Assembly (NCBI GenBank): GCA_902494565.1
Contig: CABUTN010000001.1
Coordinates: 75,637 to 139,636, forward strand
Direction of reading: 5' to 3'
From: an uncultured Collinsella sp.
Lineage (GTDB): Bacteria > Actinomycetota > Coriobacteriia > Coriobacteriales > Coriobacteriaceae
Length of the DNA: 64,000 nt
Below, in pieces: positions 17,600 through 27,173 of this stretch; positions within the stretch are counted from its first letter, which is position 1, and the number at the start of each line of letters is the position of its first letter. A program made the position numbers and the translations under genes. The notes under the pieces were generated by a model. That model was not told the origin of the DNA. It saw nothing but the letters and a program-made list of their open reading frames with translations, and ran no database searches.

Positions 17600-19378
17600 A
17601 TGGACGCCATCGTAAAGATGCTCGAAAAGCATCAACCGTTCTTCGAGAAGATCTCGAGAAACATCTACCTCCAGGCCATCAAAGACGGATTCCTTGGGTG
17701 CATGCCCATCGTCCTTACCTCTTCGATCTTTCTGCTGATCGCCACCCTTCCCGGCGTAGTTGGAATCACGTTGCCCCAGCCGCTCATCGACTGGTGCAAC
17801 AAGCTGTACAACTTCACCATGGGCGTCATGGGCATCATGGTTGCCGGCACCACCGCCAAGAACTTTACGGCTTCCATGAACCGTCGCATGCCCGCCGGCA
17901 AGGTGCTCAACGACGGCTCCACCATGGTTGCCGCCCAGTGCAGCATGCTGCTGCTCGCTGTTACGCAGTTCACCACCAAGTTCAACGGCTCCGAGCTTTC
18001 TGTCTTCGATTGCACCAGCATGGGTACGCGCGGTCTGTTCTCGGCCTATATCGCCGCGTTCATTACCGTGTGGGTCTATAAGTTCTGCGTCTCGCGCGAT
18101 CTGACCATTAAGCTGCCCAAGGAGGTTCCGGGCGCCATCGCACAGAACTTCCGCGACATCATCCCCTTCGGTGGCGCTGTCATCATTTGCGGCATCATCG
18201 ATGTGGTTGTGCGCAACCTCATGGGCGTTCCGTTCTCCGAGCTGCTTATCAAACTGCTCTCCCCGCTCTTCACTGCGGCAGAGACCTACCCCGGACTCAT
18301 CCTTATTCAGGCAGCCACCGCGTTCTTCTGGTTCATCGGTGTCCACGGCCCTTCGATTGTCCAGCCGGGCATCGACCCCATCCGTCTTGCCAACCAGGCC
18401 GAGAACCTGCAGGTTCTGCTGGCCGGTGGCCACCCCGCCCACTCCCTCACCTTTAACATGTCGCTCGTGGGTGAGTTCGGCGGCACCGGCGCCACGTTCA
18501 TCGTTCCGCTTCTGCTGATTCTCTTTATGAAGTCCAAGCAGCTCAAAGCCGTCGGTAAGGCCTCGATTGTTCCTGTTGCCTTCGCCGTCAACGAACCGCT
18601 GCTCTTTGGCGCGCCCATGATCCTCAACCCCTACATGCTCATCCCCTTTGTTGCCGCCGGCTGCGTCAACGTAAGTGTTGCCAAGTTCTTTATCGACAAC
18701 GTGGGCATGAACGGCTTCTCCTTCGTGGTGCCTTGGGCTACCCCTGCCCCCATCGGCATCTTCATCACCACGAACTTCCAGCTTATCGCCCTGGTATTTG
18801 TCGCGATCATCATCTTGCTGGACGCCATCATCTACCTGCCGTTCTTGAAGGCATACGATAAGCTGCTCTGCGACCAGGAAGCCGAGCGCGCCGCCGAGCT
18901 GGGTCTCGAGTCCGATGGTGCTGCCACCATCGCCGCCAGCACCTCTGCGCCCGCTGTCGAGCAGGCTACCGCTTCCGTCGAGACGACTGTTGCCGCCGCC
19001 GACAACAAGCCTGTCGTCGATCAGCCCGAGCCCGCTGCCGATGCATCCGCCAAGAAGGATGTCGATGGCCTGAAGGTCCTCGTCCTGTGCGCCGGCGCCG
19101 GCACCTCTGCCATGCTCGCCAACGCCATCAAGGAAGGTGCCGCACAGACCGGAGAGAACATCGCTTCCTCCGCAGGCGCCTATGGCCAGCACACTGCCGT
19201 CATGGATCAGTACGACGTTATCGTGCTTGCCCCGCAGGTCCGTAGCTACTACAACGACATGAAGGCCGACACCGATCGCCTGGGCATTAAGCTGCTCGCC
19301 CCGCGCGGCAAGGAATATATCGACCTTACCCGCGACCCCGCTGGCGCCATCAAGTGGCTCCGCGAGAACCTCGACTAG
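17600..19378 (+). CDS. PTS lactose/cellobiose-family EIICB, cassette 3
   Basis: 592 aa; IIB motif KVLVLCAGAGTSAMLA; RBS AAAGGAG. Confidence 0.85.
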   Translation: MDAIVKMLEKHQPFFEKISRNIYLQAIKDGFLGCMPIVLTSSIFLLIATLPGVVGITLPQPLIDWCNKLYNFTMGVMGIMVAGTTAKNFTASMNRRMPAGKVLNDGSTMVAAQCSMLLLAVTQFTTKFNGSELSVFDCTSMGTRGLFSAYIAAFITVWVYKFCVSRDLTIKLPKEVPGAIAQNFRDIIPFGGAVIICGIIDVVVRNLMGVPFSELLIKLLSPLFTAAETYPGLILIQAATAFFWFIGVHGPSIVQPGIDPIRLANQAENLQVLLAGGHPAHSLTFNMSLVGEFGGTGATFIVPLLLILFMKSKQLKAVGKASIVPVAFAVNEPLLFGAPMILNPYMLIPFVAAGCVNVSVAKFFIDNVGMNGFSFVVPWATPAPIGIFITTNFQLIALVFVAIIILLDAIIYLPFLKAYDKLLCDQEAERAAELGLESDGAATIAASTSAPAVEQATASVETTVAAADNKPVVDQPEPAADASAKKDVDGLKVLVLCAGAGTSAMLANAIKEGAAQTGENIASSAGAYGQHTAVMDQYDVIVLAPQVRSYYNDMKADTDRLGIKLLAPRGKEYIDLTRDPAGAIKWLRENLD

Positions 19379-19454
19379 GTTCCTCCCTCTGTTGGTGCCC
19401 GGATCCCCAGTTCGGGCACCTCTCCCTATTCGAATCCCACAGAAAGGATGACTC

Positions 19455-20876
19455 ATGACCAACCCCATGCAGTTCCCCGACGGCTTTGTGTTTGGCGGCG
19501 CCACCGCCGCTTACCAGGTTGAGGGCGAGACCCGCACGCACGGCAAGGGCAAAGTGCCCTGGGACGATTTCCTGGCAGCTCAGGGTCGCTTCTCCCCCGA
19601 TCCCGCAAGCGATTTCTACAACAAGTACCCGGTCGATATCGACCTGTGCCAGCGCTTCGGCATCAACGGTATCCGCGTCTCCATCGCTTGGAGCCGCATC
19701 TTCCCCAACGGCACTGGCGAGATCAACCACGAGGGTGTCGCCTACTATCATGAGCTTTTCGCCACCTGCAACAAAGCCGGCGTTATCCCCTATGTCACGC
19801 TCGATCACTTTGATACGCCCGAGGCCTTTTACCAGGACGGCGGCGAGGGCTTCCTGACGCGCACGACGATCGACGCCTTTGTCGAGTACGCCAAGTTCTG
19901 CTTTGCCGAGTTCACCGAGGTCAAGCACTGGTTCACGTTTAACGAGATTCCCGCAACCGCCGAGGGCAGCTTTATCGTCGGCAACTGGCCGCACGGCGAG
20001 AAGTATCGCCTGGACAAGGCCTTCCAGCTCATGCACAACATGATGGTGGCCCACGCCAAGGCTGTCGTCGCCTTCCATGAGGGCGGCTTTGAGGGTGAGA
20101 TCGGCATTGTCCAGAACCTGGAGCCCAAGTATCCCCTCGATCCCAACAGCGCTGCCGACTGCGAGGCCGCCCGCATGGCCGACGTCATCAACAACCGCTG
20201 GGTACTCGACGCCACCTTCCGTGGCCACTATGCAGCCGACACCATGGAGGCTGCGACCAAGCTTGCCCATATCGCCGGCGGCGAGCTCGACGTCCGCGAC
20301 GAGGACATCGCCGCGCTGACCGCCGCGCTCCCCTACAACGATTGCCTGGGCGTCAACACCTACAAGTGCCAGTTCCTGCGTGCCGCCGAGGGCGAAAACG
20401 ACATCAACCACAATGGCACCGGCGACAAGGGCTCCTCGCGCTGGTTCCTCAAGGGCGTGGGCGAGTCATGCGTGCGCGAAGGCGTTCCCACCACCGATTG
20501 GGACTGGATCATCTATCCCGAGGGCCTCTACGACCTGCTGCTCCGCATTAAGAACGATTACCCCAACTACAAGAAGATCTACATCACCGAGAACGGCATG
20601 GGCTATAAGGACGACTTCGAGGACGGCTTTATCGATGACGCCCCTCGCATCGACTACATGCGTCAGCATCTCGCATGGATCCTCAAGGCAATCGACGGCG
20701 GCGTGAACGTCGACGGTTACTTCGTGTGGTCGCTGCAGGACCAGTTCTCCTGGACCAACGGCTATAACAAGCGCTATGGCCTGTTCTACATCGACTTTGA
20801 GACCCAGAAGCGCTATCCCAAGGCGAGCGCGTACTGGTACAAGAACGTCTCGGAGACCGGCCTGCTTATGGCCTAA
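19455..20876 (+). CDS. GH1 6-phospho-beta-glucosidase/galactosidase, cassette 3
   Basis: GGATAAYQVEG, TFNEI and ITENGMG motifs; 473 aa. Confidence 0.85.
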   Translation: MTNPMQFPDGFVFGGATAAYQVEGETRTHGKGKVPWDDFLAAQGRFSPDPASDFYNKYPVDIDLCQRFGINGIRVSIAWSRIFPNGTGEINHEGVAYYHELFATCNKAGVIPYVTLDHFDTPEAFYQDGGEGFLTRTTIDAFVEYAKFCFAEFTEVKHWFTFNEIPATAEGSFIVGNWPHGEKYRLDKAFQLMHNMMVAHAKAVVAFHEGGFEGEIGIVQNLEPKYPLDPNSAADCEAARMADVINNRWVLDATFRGHYAADTMEAATKLAHIAGGELDVRDEDIAALTAALPYNDCLGVNTYKCQFLRAAEGENDINHNGTGDKGSSRWFLKGVGESCVREGVPTTDWDWIIYPEGLYDLLLRIKNDYPNYKKIYITENGMGYKDDFEDGFIDDAPRIDYMRQHLAWILKAIDGGVNVDGYFVWSLQDQFSWTNGYNKRYGLFYIDFETQKRYPKASAYWYKNVSETGLLMA

Positions 20877-20898
20877 CTTTTGCCGCATACCCCCTGTC

Positions 20899-20946
20899 GG
20901 CCGCATGCGAATCCCTCCACGGGTTCGCATGCGGCCTATTTTTTTG
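20899..20946 (+). terminator. Intrinsic terminator after GH1-3
   Basis: GGCCGCATGCGAA..TTCGCATGCGGCC followed by TATTTTTTT. Confidence 0.8.
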
Positions 20947-20961
20947 CTCGGCCCGTGCAGG

Positions 20962-21105
20962 CCGTTTGTCTCGATTTGTAACATCTAGCAGGGATTTTCA
21001 ATCCTAACTGTTATAGATTTAGACGAACGGGCGACCAGGGCTGAAAGATCTCAATCTGTAACACGTAGCCCACTTTTAACCGTCTAACTGTTACAGATCA
21101 AGACA
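20962..21105. repeat. Composite palindromic (MITE/BIME-like) element, copy 3
   Basis: Left end CCGTTTGTCTCGATTTGTAACA, right end TGTTACAGATCAAGACA, with loops conserved relative to copies 1 and 2. Confidence 0.8.
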
Positions 21106-21157
21106 ATAAGATAGTCAAATCCGAACTTTCCAAGCAGTTATGAACCATGGTTTCCAG

Positions 21158-21233
21158 TTTTCGGTATCACGAACATACTTTCGGTATCATTTAATGGTAT
21201 TATGATATCGAAAGTATGTTCGTGATACCGAAA
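21158..21233 (+). promoter_or_regulatory. 32-bp inverted repeat made of four TTTCGGTATCA 11-mers, overlapping the fic RBS
   Basis: Left arm 21158-21190 and right arm 21202-21233 differ at one position. The 11-mers are spaced 20 bp apart within each arm, and the right arm runs into AAAGGAG. Confidence 0.7.
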
Positions 21234-21241
21234 GGAGCCGC

Positions 21242-22474
21242 ATGCGCCAGTTCGATTACACCACAGTCCCAGCGGAACTCGAAGCAACTCCAATCACCAA
21301 CCTCCTCCTCTCGATACGCGAGCATAAAGGCCGTCAGCTTGCTCTGAGTCAAGTCAAACCCGAGCTTCTATCGTCCCTAATGGAGGAGGCTAAGATCCAA
21401 AGCACCCGATCCTCCAACGGACTTGAAGGAATTGTTACCACCCAAAAAAGACTCAAAGCGATCATGGCGTATTCCGCCAAGCCAAGCTCCCGCGCAGAGG
21501 AAGAAATCGCTGGATACCGAGATGTGCTGTCGCTTATTCACGAGCAACACGATTCCATTCCAGTAACGCCATCGGTCATTCTGCAGTTGCATCGTGACCT
21601 CATGGCGCACACGGCAATCTCGTATGGAGGCCATTGGAAAGATGGCGATAACGAAATCGTCTCCATTGACGATCAAGGTAATCGATTTGTGCGCTTTAGG
21701 CCCCCTTCGGCTCTAGCAACCCCGGGACTTATTAAAGAAGCCTGCCAGTCCCTCAACGATGCTTTATCTCGCCAAGTTTGCGATCCCCTCCTTATATCGC
21801 TCCGCTTTATCTTCGATTTTGTTAGCATTCATCCCTTCAACGATGGTAATGGCAGGATGAGCCGGCTCCTTACAACGCTGCTGCTCGAAAAGACTGGATA
21901 CGATGTTGCGCGTTACATCAGCATCGAACGACTTATTGAAGACAACAAAGCGCTTTACTACAACGCCCTCGCTGCAAGCTCCACTGGATGGAATGAAAAT
22001 CAAAACACCGAAGTACCCTTTATCCGTTTCATGCTCGGAACAACCCTGGCCGCCTACCGACAGCTCGAGCAGCGTACCTTAATTGAATCAAGCACTCGTC
22101 CCATGTCGAAGCAAGCGCGCATCGCTGTTCTATTTCAACAGAGACCCGGCGTCATTAAGAAATCCGACATCCGGTCCAGCTGCCCCGATATCAGCGAGGT
22201 AACCGTTAAACGAACCCTCGGCCAGCTTGTTAGTTGCAGCGCAATCGAAAAAACAGGAGCGGGTCGTTCGACGGGCTACATACTCAAAGACGTCCATGCT
22301 CTAGAACTATTCTTGCAAGCCACAATACCCGATGGCGAGGCCGCAATAACAAAAGAGGCTTCAAAGGATAAGCTCCTTGAACGTGTAAACCACGCCGAGG
22401 ATGAAAGCAGAGAAGGGCTCTATGAAGACTACGATTCATTCTCAAGGGACATAAAGACGAGATACGGAGTCTAG
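21242..22474 (+). CDS. Fic-family protein (AMPylase-type motif) with an N-terminal S-x-x-x-E-G motif and a C-terminal winged-helix-like region
   Basis: HPFNDGNGRMSRLL matches the Fic core HxFx(D/E)GNGRxxR. SSNGLEGI matches the (S/T)xxxE(G/N) inhibitory-helix motif. Confidence 0.85.
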   Translation: MRQFDYTTVPAELEATPITNLLLSIREHKGRQLALSQVKPELLSSLMEEAKIQSTRSSNGLEGIVTTQKRLKAIMAYSAKPSSRAEEEIAGYRDVLSLIHEQHDSIPVTPSVILQLHRDLMAHTAISYGGHWKDGDNEIVSIDDQGNRFVRFRPPSALATPGLIKEACQSLNDALSRQVCDPLLISLRFIFDFVSIHPFNDGNGRMSRLLTTLLLEKTGYDVARYISIERLIEDNKALYYNALAASSTGWNENQNTEVPFIRFMLGTTLAAYRQLEQRTLIESSTRPMSKQARIAVLFQQRPGVIKKSDIRSSCPDISEVTVKRTLGQLVSCSAIEKTGAGRSTGYILKDVHALELFLQATIPDGEAAITKEASKDKLLERVNHAEDESREGLYEDYDSFSRDIKTRYGV

Positions 22475-22579
22475 TCATATCTCAGAATAGCCTAATCCTT
22501 GTTGCCCAAAGTTATTTGCGCGTCATTGTGAAGCGGTAACCCCGCGCTGGCAAGGGCAAAAGTCCTCCTGCTGCGCTAG

Positions 22580-22978
22580 CTAGCAAATGACCTGCGCGTG
22601 TTCCTCGATGGCGGCACGGTCCTCGGCGGCAATACCCGGCTCACATACCACGGCGTCCAGGCTGTCCAGGCGGCAGAAAGTGTAGAAGTCGCGCCTGCCC
22701 ATCCTGCTGGAGTCGGCAATCAGATAGCGCGCATCGGCCTTGCTAAAGGCGAACTGCTGGATGCGGCCCTCGTCCATGTTGGACGTGGACACGTCGCCGT
22801 CCAGAATGCCGTTGGCACCGATAAACGCCGTGTCAATCCCTAGTGCGCGCAGGGCATCCTCGGCCATGGGGCCCACAAAGGCGGCGGTGCGGCGACGGTA
22901 CATGCCGCCCACCGGGCACAGCTCGCAATCCTCGCGCGCCTCGAGCAGGCTAAAGGCCGAAAGCGAATTGGCCACATA
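22580..22978 (-). pseudogene. Truncated copy (C-terminal half only) of the DeoR-family regulator at 27174-27938
   Basis: The 131-aa translation aligns almost residue for residue with the C-terminal half of the full-length DeoR protein. It has no HTH and no ATG. Similarity continues into the 3' flank (TTATTTGCGCGTCAT in both copies). Confidence 0.8.
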
Positions 22979-23060
22979 GATGGAAGACAGTTTGTCGGTG
23001 ACTCGGAGAGCGCCAATGCGATCTCACGACGGTTGCGCGCATTGTCTCAATTAGATACTC

Positions 23061-23100
23061 AACGAAATACGGCCCCGCAGCTCAATAAGCTGCGGGGCCG
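23061..23100 (-). terminator. Stem-loop terminator after EIICB-4
   Basis: CGGCCCCGCAG / CTGCGGGGCCG stem followed on the minus strand by TATTTCGTT. Confidence 0.6.
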
Positions 23101-23137
23101 TACCATACACCGACGAATCAACGACGAAGTGCATCCA

Positions 23138-24832
23138 CTATTTGGCCAGCTCCTGAACGATCCAGTCAATTGCACCTTCGGGATCGTTGGTAAGGTCGAT
23201 ATACTCCTTGCCCCTTGTGGTGAGCAGTTTAATTCCAAGGCGATCGGTATCGGCCTTCATAGCGTCATAGTACATGCGTGCCTGGGGCGCCAGAACAATC
23301 ACGTTGTACTGATCCATCGTCTCATAGTGGCTTCCGTACGCACCGGACTGAGAAACCAGATCGATACCCTTAGCAGCGGCACCTTCGCGAAGAGCATTTG
23401 CCAAGAGAGTCGAAGTGCCGGCACCCTGGCAAAGCACAAGCACGCGGATCTGCTCCGCCTTGTCCTTTACCGCCTCGAGAGCTTTTGCGACATTTTCCTG
23501 TGCGGCAATAGCATCTGCATCCGAGGTTCCTGCAGTCTCCTTTGCAGACTCTTCCAAACAAAGCTGATGGTCATACGCCTTGCAGAACGGATAGTAAATC
23601 ACAAAGTCGACGACCAACAGCACTGCCATCAATACGAGAGAACGCAGATCGAGACCCGTGGTGAGGAACGCACCAATTGGGCCGGGAAGCGCCCACGGCA
23701 TGGTATACATGGGGGCGTTCATTCCAATGACGTCAATGAAAAATTTACCGATAATGGCGTTGACCATAGGAGCCACTAGGAAGGGCACGAACATATAGGG
23801 ATTGAGAACAATCGGCATACCGAAGATAACGGGCTCGTTAACTCCAAAAATCACCGGGATAATCGATGCCTTGCCCATGGCTTTAAGCTGCTTGGAGCGC
23901 ATAAACATGATCAGGATAATAGGAACGATGAACGTGCAGCCAGAACCGCCCAGACCGCCGATGAAGCTTGTAAAGTCCTGCGTGAGAGCAATTGACGGGT
24001 GTCCACCTGCTTGGAAAACCTCAAGATTGGTAACGGTATTGCCGTAGAGCGCAGCATTGATCGGACTCATGACAACCGAAGCACCGTGGATACCCATAAA
24101 TTGGAAAAGCGCGACCGCGCCTTCGATAAGCGCCATGCCAGGATAGGTGTCGACCGCGGAGAACAGCGGCGAGATGAGAGCGGATACCAAATTGGCGAAC
24201 GGCACAGCAAGCAGCTTGCGGCTCGCAAGATCGATAAAAGCGCACGCAAGGATCGAAAACCCAAATGCAAAGATATCGCGAAAACTCTGCGCAATAGAGC
24301 CAGGGACCTCTTTGGGAAGCTTGATCGTCACATTATGGCTAATGCACACCTTATAGATATTAACGGTCAAGAATGCGGCTACGAACGCAGCGAGAAAACC
24401 CTTGGTTCCCATATAGCCGGTTTCAAAAACAGATGTATCTGCTCCGCCAATCGAGACAACATCGTTCGTCACCGATAGCAAGAGCATGCCGCACATGGCA
24501 CAAACCATGCACGAGGTGGGGTTGAGAGATTTACCCGAAGGCATGCGACGGTTCATCGACATGGCAAGTGAGCTCGCCGTGGTGCCGGCCACCATAATGC
24601 CAAGAAGTCCCATGGTATATGCATAGATTTTATTGAAGAAATCCAGCACCTCAGACGGAAGCGTGATGCCTACATAGGCAGGGAGCGTCGAAAGAAGAAG
24701 GAACAGGCTCGAGAACAGCACAATTGGCATATTCGAGAGAAAGCCATCCTTAATCGCCACCAGATAAATGTTCCTCGAGATTTTGTCGAAGAGGGGCTGG
24801 TGTTTTTCAAGGAATTTGACGATAGCGTCCAT
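23138..24832 (-). CDS. PTS lactose/cellobiose-family EIICB, fourth copy
   Basis: MDAIVKFLEKHQPLFDKISRNIYL.. is paralogous to EIICB-2 and -3. IIB motif RVLVLCQGAGTSTLLA. The ATG at 24832 is preceded by AAAGGA. Confidence 0.85.
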   Translation of the reverse strand: MDAIVKFLEKHQPLFDKISRNIYLVAIKDGFLSNMPIVLFSSLFLLLSTLPAYVGITLPSEVLDFFNKIYAYTMGLLGIMVAGTTASSLAMSMNRRMPSGKSLNPTSCMVCAMCGMLLLSVTNDVVSIGGADTSVFETGYMGTKGFLAAFVAAFLTVNIYKVCISHNVTIKLPKEVPGSIAQSFRDIFAFGFSILACAFIDLASRKLLAVPFANLVSALISPLFSAVDTYPGMALIEGAVALFQFMGIHGASVVMSPINAALYGNTVTNLEVFQAGGHPSIALTQDFTSFIGGLGGSGCTFIVPIILIMFMRSKQLKAMGKASIIPVIFGVNEPVIFGMPIVLNPYMFVPFLVAPMVNAIIGKFFIDVIGMNAPMYTMPWALPGPIGAFLTTGLDLRSLVLMAVLLVVDFVIYYPFCKAYDHQLCLEESAKETAGTSDADAIAAQENVAKALEAVKDKAEQIRVLVLCQGAGTSTLLANALREGAAAKGIDLVSQSGAYGSHYETMDQYNVIVLAPQARMYYDAMKADTDRLGIKLLTTRGKEYIDLTNDPEGAIDWIVQELAK

Positions 24833-24905
24833 AACACATCCTTTCATGATTCCCGGGCACACAACGATTTATCCGGACTCAACCGTCGTCGTCCCCGTTT
24901 GTATC

Positions 24906-24919
24906 CACTTATGTAAGTG
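24906..24919. promoter_or_regulatory. Perfect palindrome CACTTATGTAAGTG in the divergent promoter region
   Basis: 14-bp palindrome about 75 bp upstream of EIICB-4. Candidate operator, possibly for the adjacent GntR regulator. Confidence 0.35.
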
Positions 24920-25124
24920 AATACGTTCTTGTGCGAAATGTAATATCATTTGCGCGATTTGTCATAACCAATTCTTTTTCCGCTTTGTCGATATGTCAAG
25001 AATTCAAATACTTATTCGGTGAACGGTAGTTGATTAATATAATGTTTTCCCAGCTAAAGGCTATTTTTTCCGAGCAATACAATAAGCTTGCAACCGTTCA
25101 CCGATTGGATATAACATATTGAAT

Positions 25125-25142
25125 ATATTGTTGTAACAATAT
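25125..25142. promoter_or_regulatory. Perfect palindrome ATATTGTTGTAACAATAT
   Basis: 18-bp palindrome about 47 bp upstream of the 25189 gene. Confidence 0.35.
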
Positions 25143-25188
25143 TAGAGACAATGTCACAAGCCTGTCGTTCTAGTCAAAGGAAGTAACA

Positions 25189-26109
25189 ATGCCCAAACGA
25201 TTACTGAACATGTCCGCATCCGATTTTGCCGCCACGTCATCCATGGATCTAAAACAGGCAATTCTGGCTTCCGAGGGACGTACCATCATGGCGGAAAACG
25301 TACCCTCTTCCCAATTTCTCGGCGGCGTTACTAATGCAGAAATCGAACGTGCCGCAGGTGCCGACCTGCTTCTGTTTAACGCGCTCGATGTGTTCGATCC
25401 AGTTATTGCCGGTATTCCAGATGATCTCAATGAAAACCCGGTCACTTGGGTGAAGCGAGCATGCGGAAGGCCCATTGGCGTCAATCTGGAGCCAGTTGAT
25501 AACGAGGCAGAGATGTCTGAATCCCGAACGGAAATCCCCATGGGTCGTCGCGTCTCTCCCAAGACCTTAGAAAAGGCTAACGAACTCGGATTTGATTTTA
25601 TCTGCCTGACGGGCAACCCTGGAACCGGCGTCTCCAACGATGCAATCGCCCATTCGATTAAACTCTCCAAAGAGCATTTCAATGGCCTGGTCATAGCCGG
25701 AAAAATGCATGGAGCGGGCGTTGCGGAACCTGTCATGACGCTCGAAATTGCGCGCAAGTTTGTTGACCTCGGCGTCGATATCCTTCTCGTGCCAGCCCCC
25801 TACACCGTCCCTTGCTTCCAAGAAGCAGACCTGCGCGCCATCGTAGACTTTGTACGATCCCACAACGTAGGCAAGTCAATTGAAGAAAAGGTTCTCGTCA
25901 TGGCGGCGAACGGAACCAGTCAAGACTCCTGCGACAGCGAGACCATTAAGAAAATAGGCCTTGCAGCAAAAGCCGCTGGCGCTGACCTCCAACATATCGG
26001 GGACTCCATGAACGGTATTTGTCTGCCCCAGAATATCTTCACGCTTGGACAAGCCCTTCGTGGCTACAGGCATCAGATCGTCATGCTGAGCCGTTCTGTG
26101 ATACGTTAA
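25189..26109 (+). CDS. Uncharacterised protein, possibly a TIM-barrel (distant BtpA/SgcQ-like?), associated with a PTS
   Basis: 306-aa ORF with RBS AAAGGA. The segments GADLLLFNALD, PIGVNLEPVD and GVDILLVPAP loosely resemble BtpA/SgcQ-type barrels. The family assignment is uncertain. Confidence 0.6.
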   Translation: MPKRLLNMSASDFAATSSMDLKQAILASEGRTIMAENVPSSQFLGGVTNAEIERAAGADLLLFNALDVFDPVIAGIPDDLNENPVTWVKRACGRPIGVNLEPVDNEAEMSESRTEIPMGRRVSPKTLEKANELGFDFICLTGNPGTGVSNDAIAHSIKLSKEHFNGLVIAGKMHGAGVAEPVMTLEIARKFVDLGVDILLVPAPYTVPCFQEADLRAIVDFVRSHNVGKSIEEKVLVMAANGTSQDSCDSETIKKIGLAAKAAGADLQHIGDSMNGICLPQNIFTLGQALRGYRHQIVMLSRSVIR

Positions 26110-26181
26110 GGTTGTTGCGCTCAAGCTATATCCCGACCACGGCAATCATCAGATACCACCAACATGCAAACTGAGGCTCCA

Positions 26182-26901
26182 ATGCTCGATACACACGAAA
26201 AACGGCCACTCTATTTACAGCTCACCGACGCGCTGCTCAAGCAGATCGTCGATGTATATCAAGCAGACGATAAGCTTCCGACAGAAATGGAACTTTGCGA
26301 CGAATACGCCGTAAGCAGAACAACCGTCCGACTTGCCATGAGTGAGCTGGAGCGTCGTGGAAGTATCTATCGAATCCAAGGTAAGGGATCGTTTGTTGCA
26401 CCGAACCGCGTTAGCGAGCTCAATTCACTTTTAGACTTTGACTTTGCAAGCCATTGCGATGGTGTTGATCCGGATACCATCACCAAACATTTCGGCGGCC
26501 GCACATCAGGTCGTCCAATTTCCGTAATGATGCTCCAACAATTTGGATGCCAAAGTCGCGATGAGATTCAGCGTCTTGAATTGACCTACGAACTTGAAGG
26601 CAGCTTCATAGGCGCTGATACGTTCTTCATTTCAAAGTCGCACGTTCCGAATAATCAGTTAGATTTTCAGGCATTTAGCAAGATCATGGACGAGTTGTCC
26701 AAGTCTATCCAATCTGTTAGGGAAAGCTATAGAGCACGTCAGCTTAGCGATTCCGAAGCCAGCAATTATGGTGTTGCAAAACTTCCGGTCATCGAACTAA
26801 CTCGTTATGCTTACGACTCCGGAGGCAAATTAATTGCAATTACTTGCCGCACCGTCTTAACTGGGCAGATCCCTTATCAAAACTTTATTTTCAAGTCCTA
26901 A
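26182..26901 (+). CDS. GntR-family (HutC/UTRA-type) transcriptional regulator
   Basis: ..[43 protein letters not shown].. Start assigned to the second ATG, which has GAGG upstream; the ORF track starts at 26164. Confidence 0.8.
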   Translation: MLDTHEKRPLYLQLTDALLKQIVDVYQADDKLPTEMELCDEYAVSRTTVRLAMSELERRGSIYRIQGKGSFVAPNRVSELNSLLDFDFASHCDGVDPDTITKHFGGRTSGRPISVMMLQQFGCQSRDEIQRLELTYELEGSFIGADTFFISKSHVPNNQLDFQAFSKIMDELSKSIQSVRESYRARQLSDSEASNYGVAKLPVIELTRYAYDSGGKLIAITCRTVLTGQIPYQNFIFKS

Positions 26902-26912
26902 TGTTCTTTTTC

Positions 26913-27056
26913 TTTTGTCTCGATCTGTAACACGTAGCCGAGTTTTTAAGTCCTAACCGTTACAGATCGAGACAAACAAGGTAGGCCCCGCCGAATTGTC
27001 TCAATCTGTAACATCTGGTTGGTGGTTTCACCCCTACCTGTTACAGGTTGAGACGA
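26913..27056. repeat. Composite palindromic (MITE/BIME-like) element, copy 4
   Basis: TTTTGTCTCGATCTGTAACA .. TGTTACAGATCGAGACAAAC .. TTGTCTCAATCTGTAACA .. TGTTACAGGTTGAGACGA. Confidence 0.8.
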
Positions 27057-27173
27057 TTTGATAGTGGAGTCCTTATTTGCGCGTCATATCGCGTAGCGCT
27101 GACGCGCTGGTTTCCACAATGACAGGAGGTAAAAGTCCTCCCGCATCACCCGTTGGCAATCCCGTAGCGATAA

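Noticed and set aside
22580-22975. The 131-aa ORF as a functional stand-alone DeoR sensor-domain protein.
   Set aside because: It begins at a GTG inside the homology block with no RBS. It lacks the HTH and the first half of the effector domain. Its homology to the intact gene stops abruptly at a rearrangement junction, which is most consistent with a duplication remnant.
11140-27056. Possible CRISPR array, suggested by the recurring TGTTACAGATCGAGAC-type repeats.
   Set aside because: The repeats alternate in inverted orientation, not direct. There are only two hairpin units per locus, the 'spacers' (loops) are conserved between loci, the loci are kilobases apart, and no cas genes are present.
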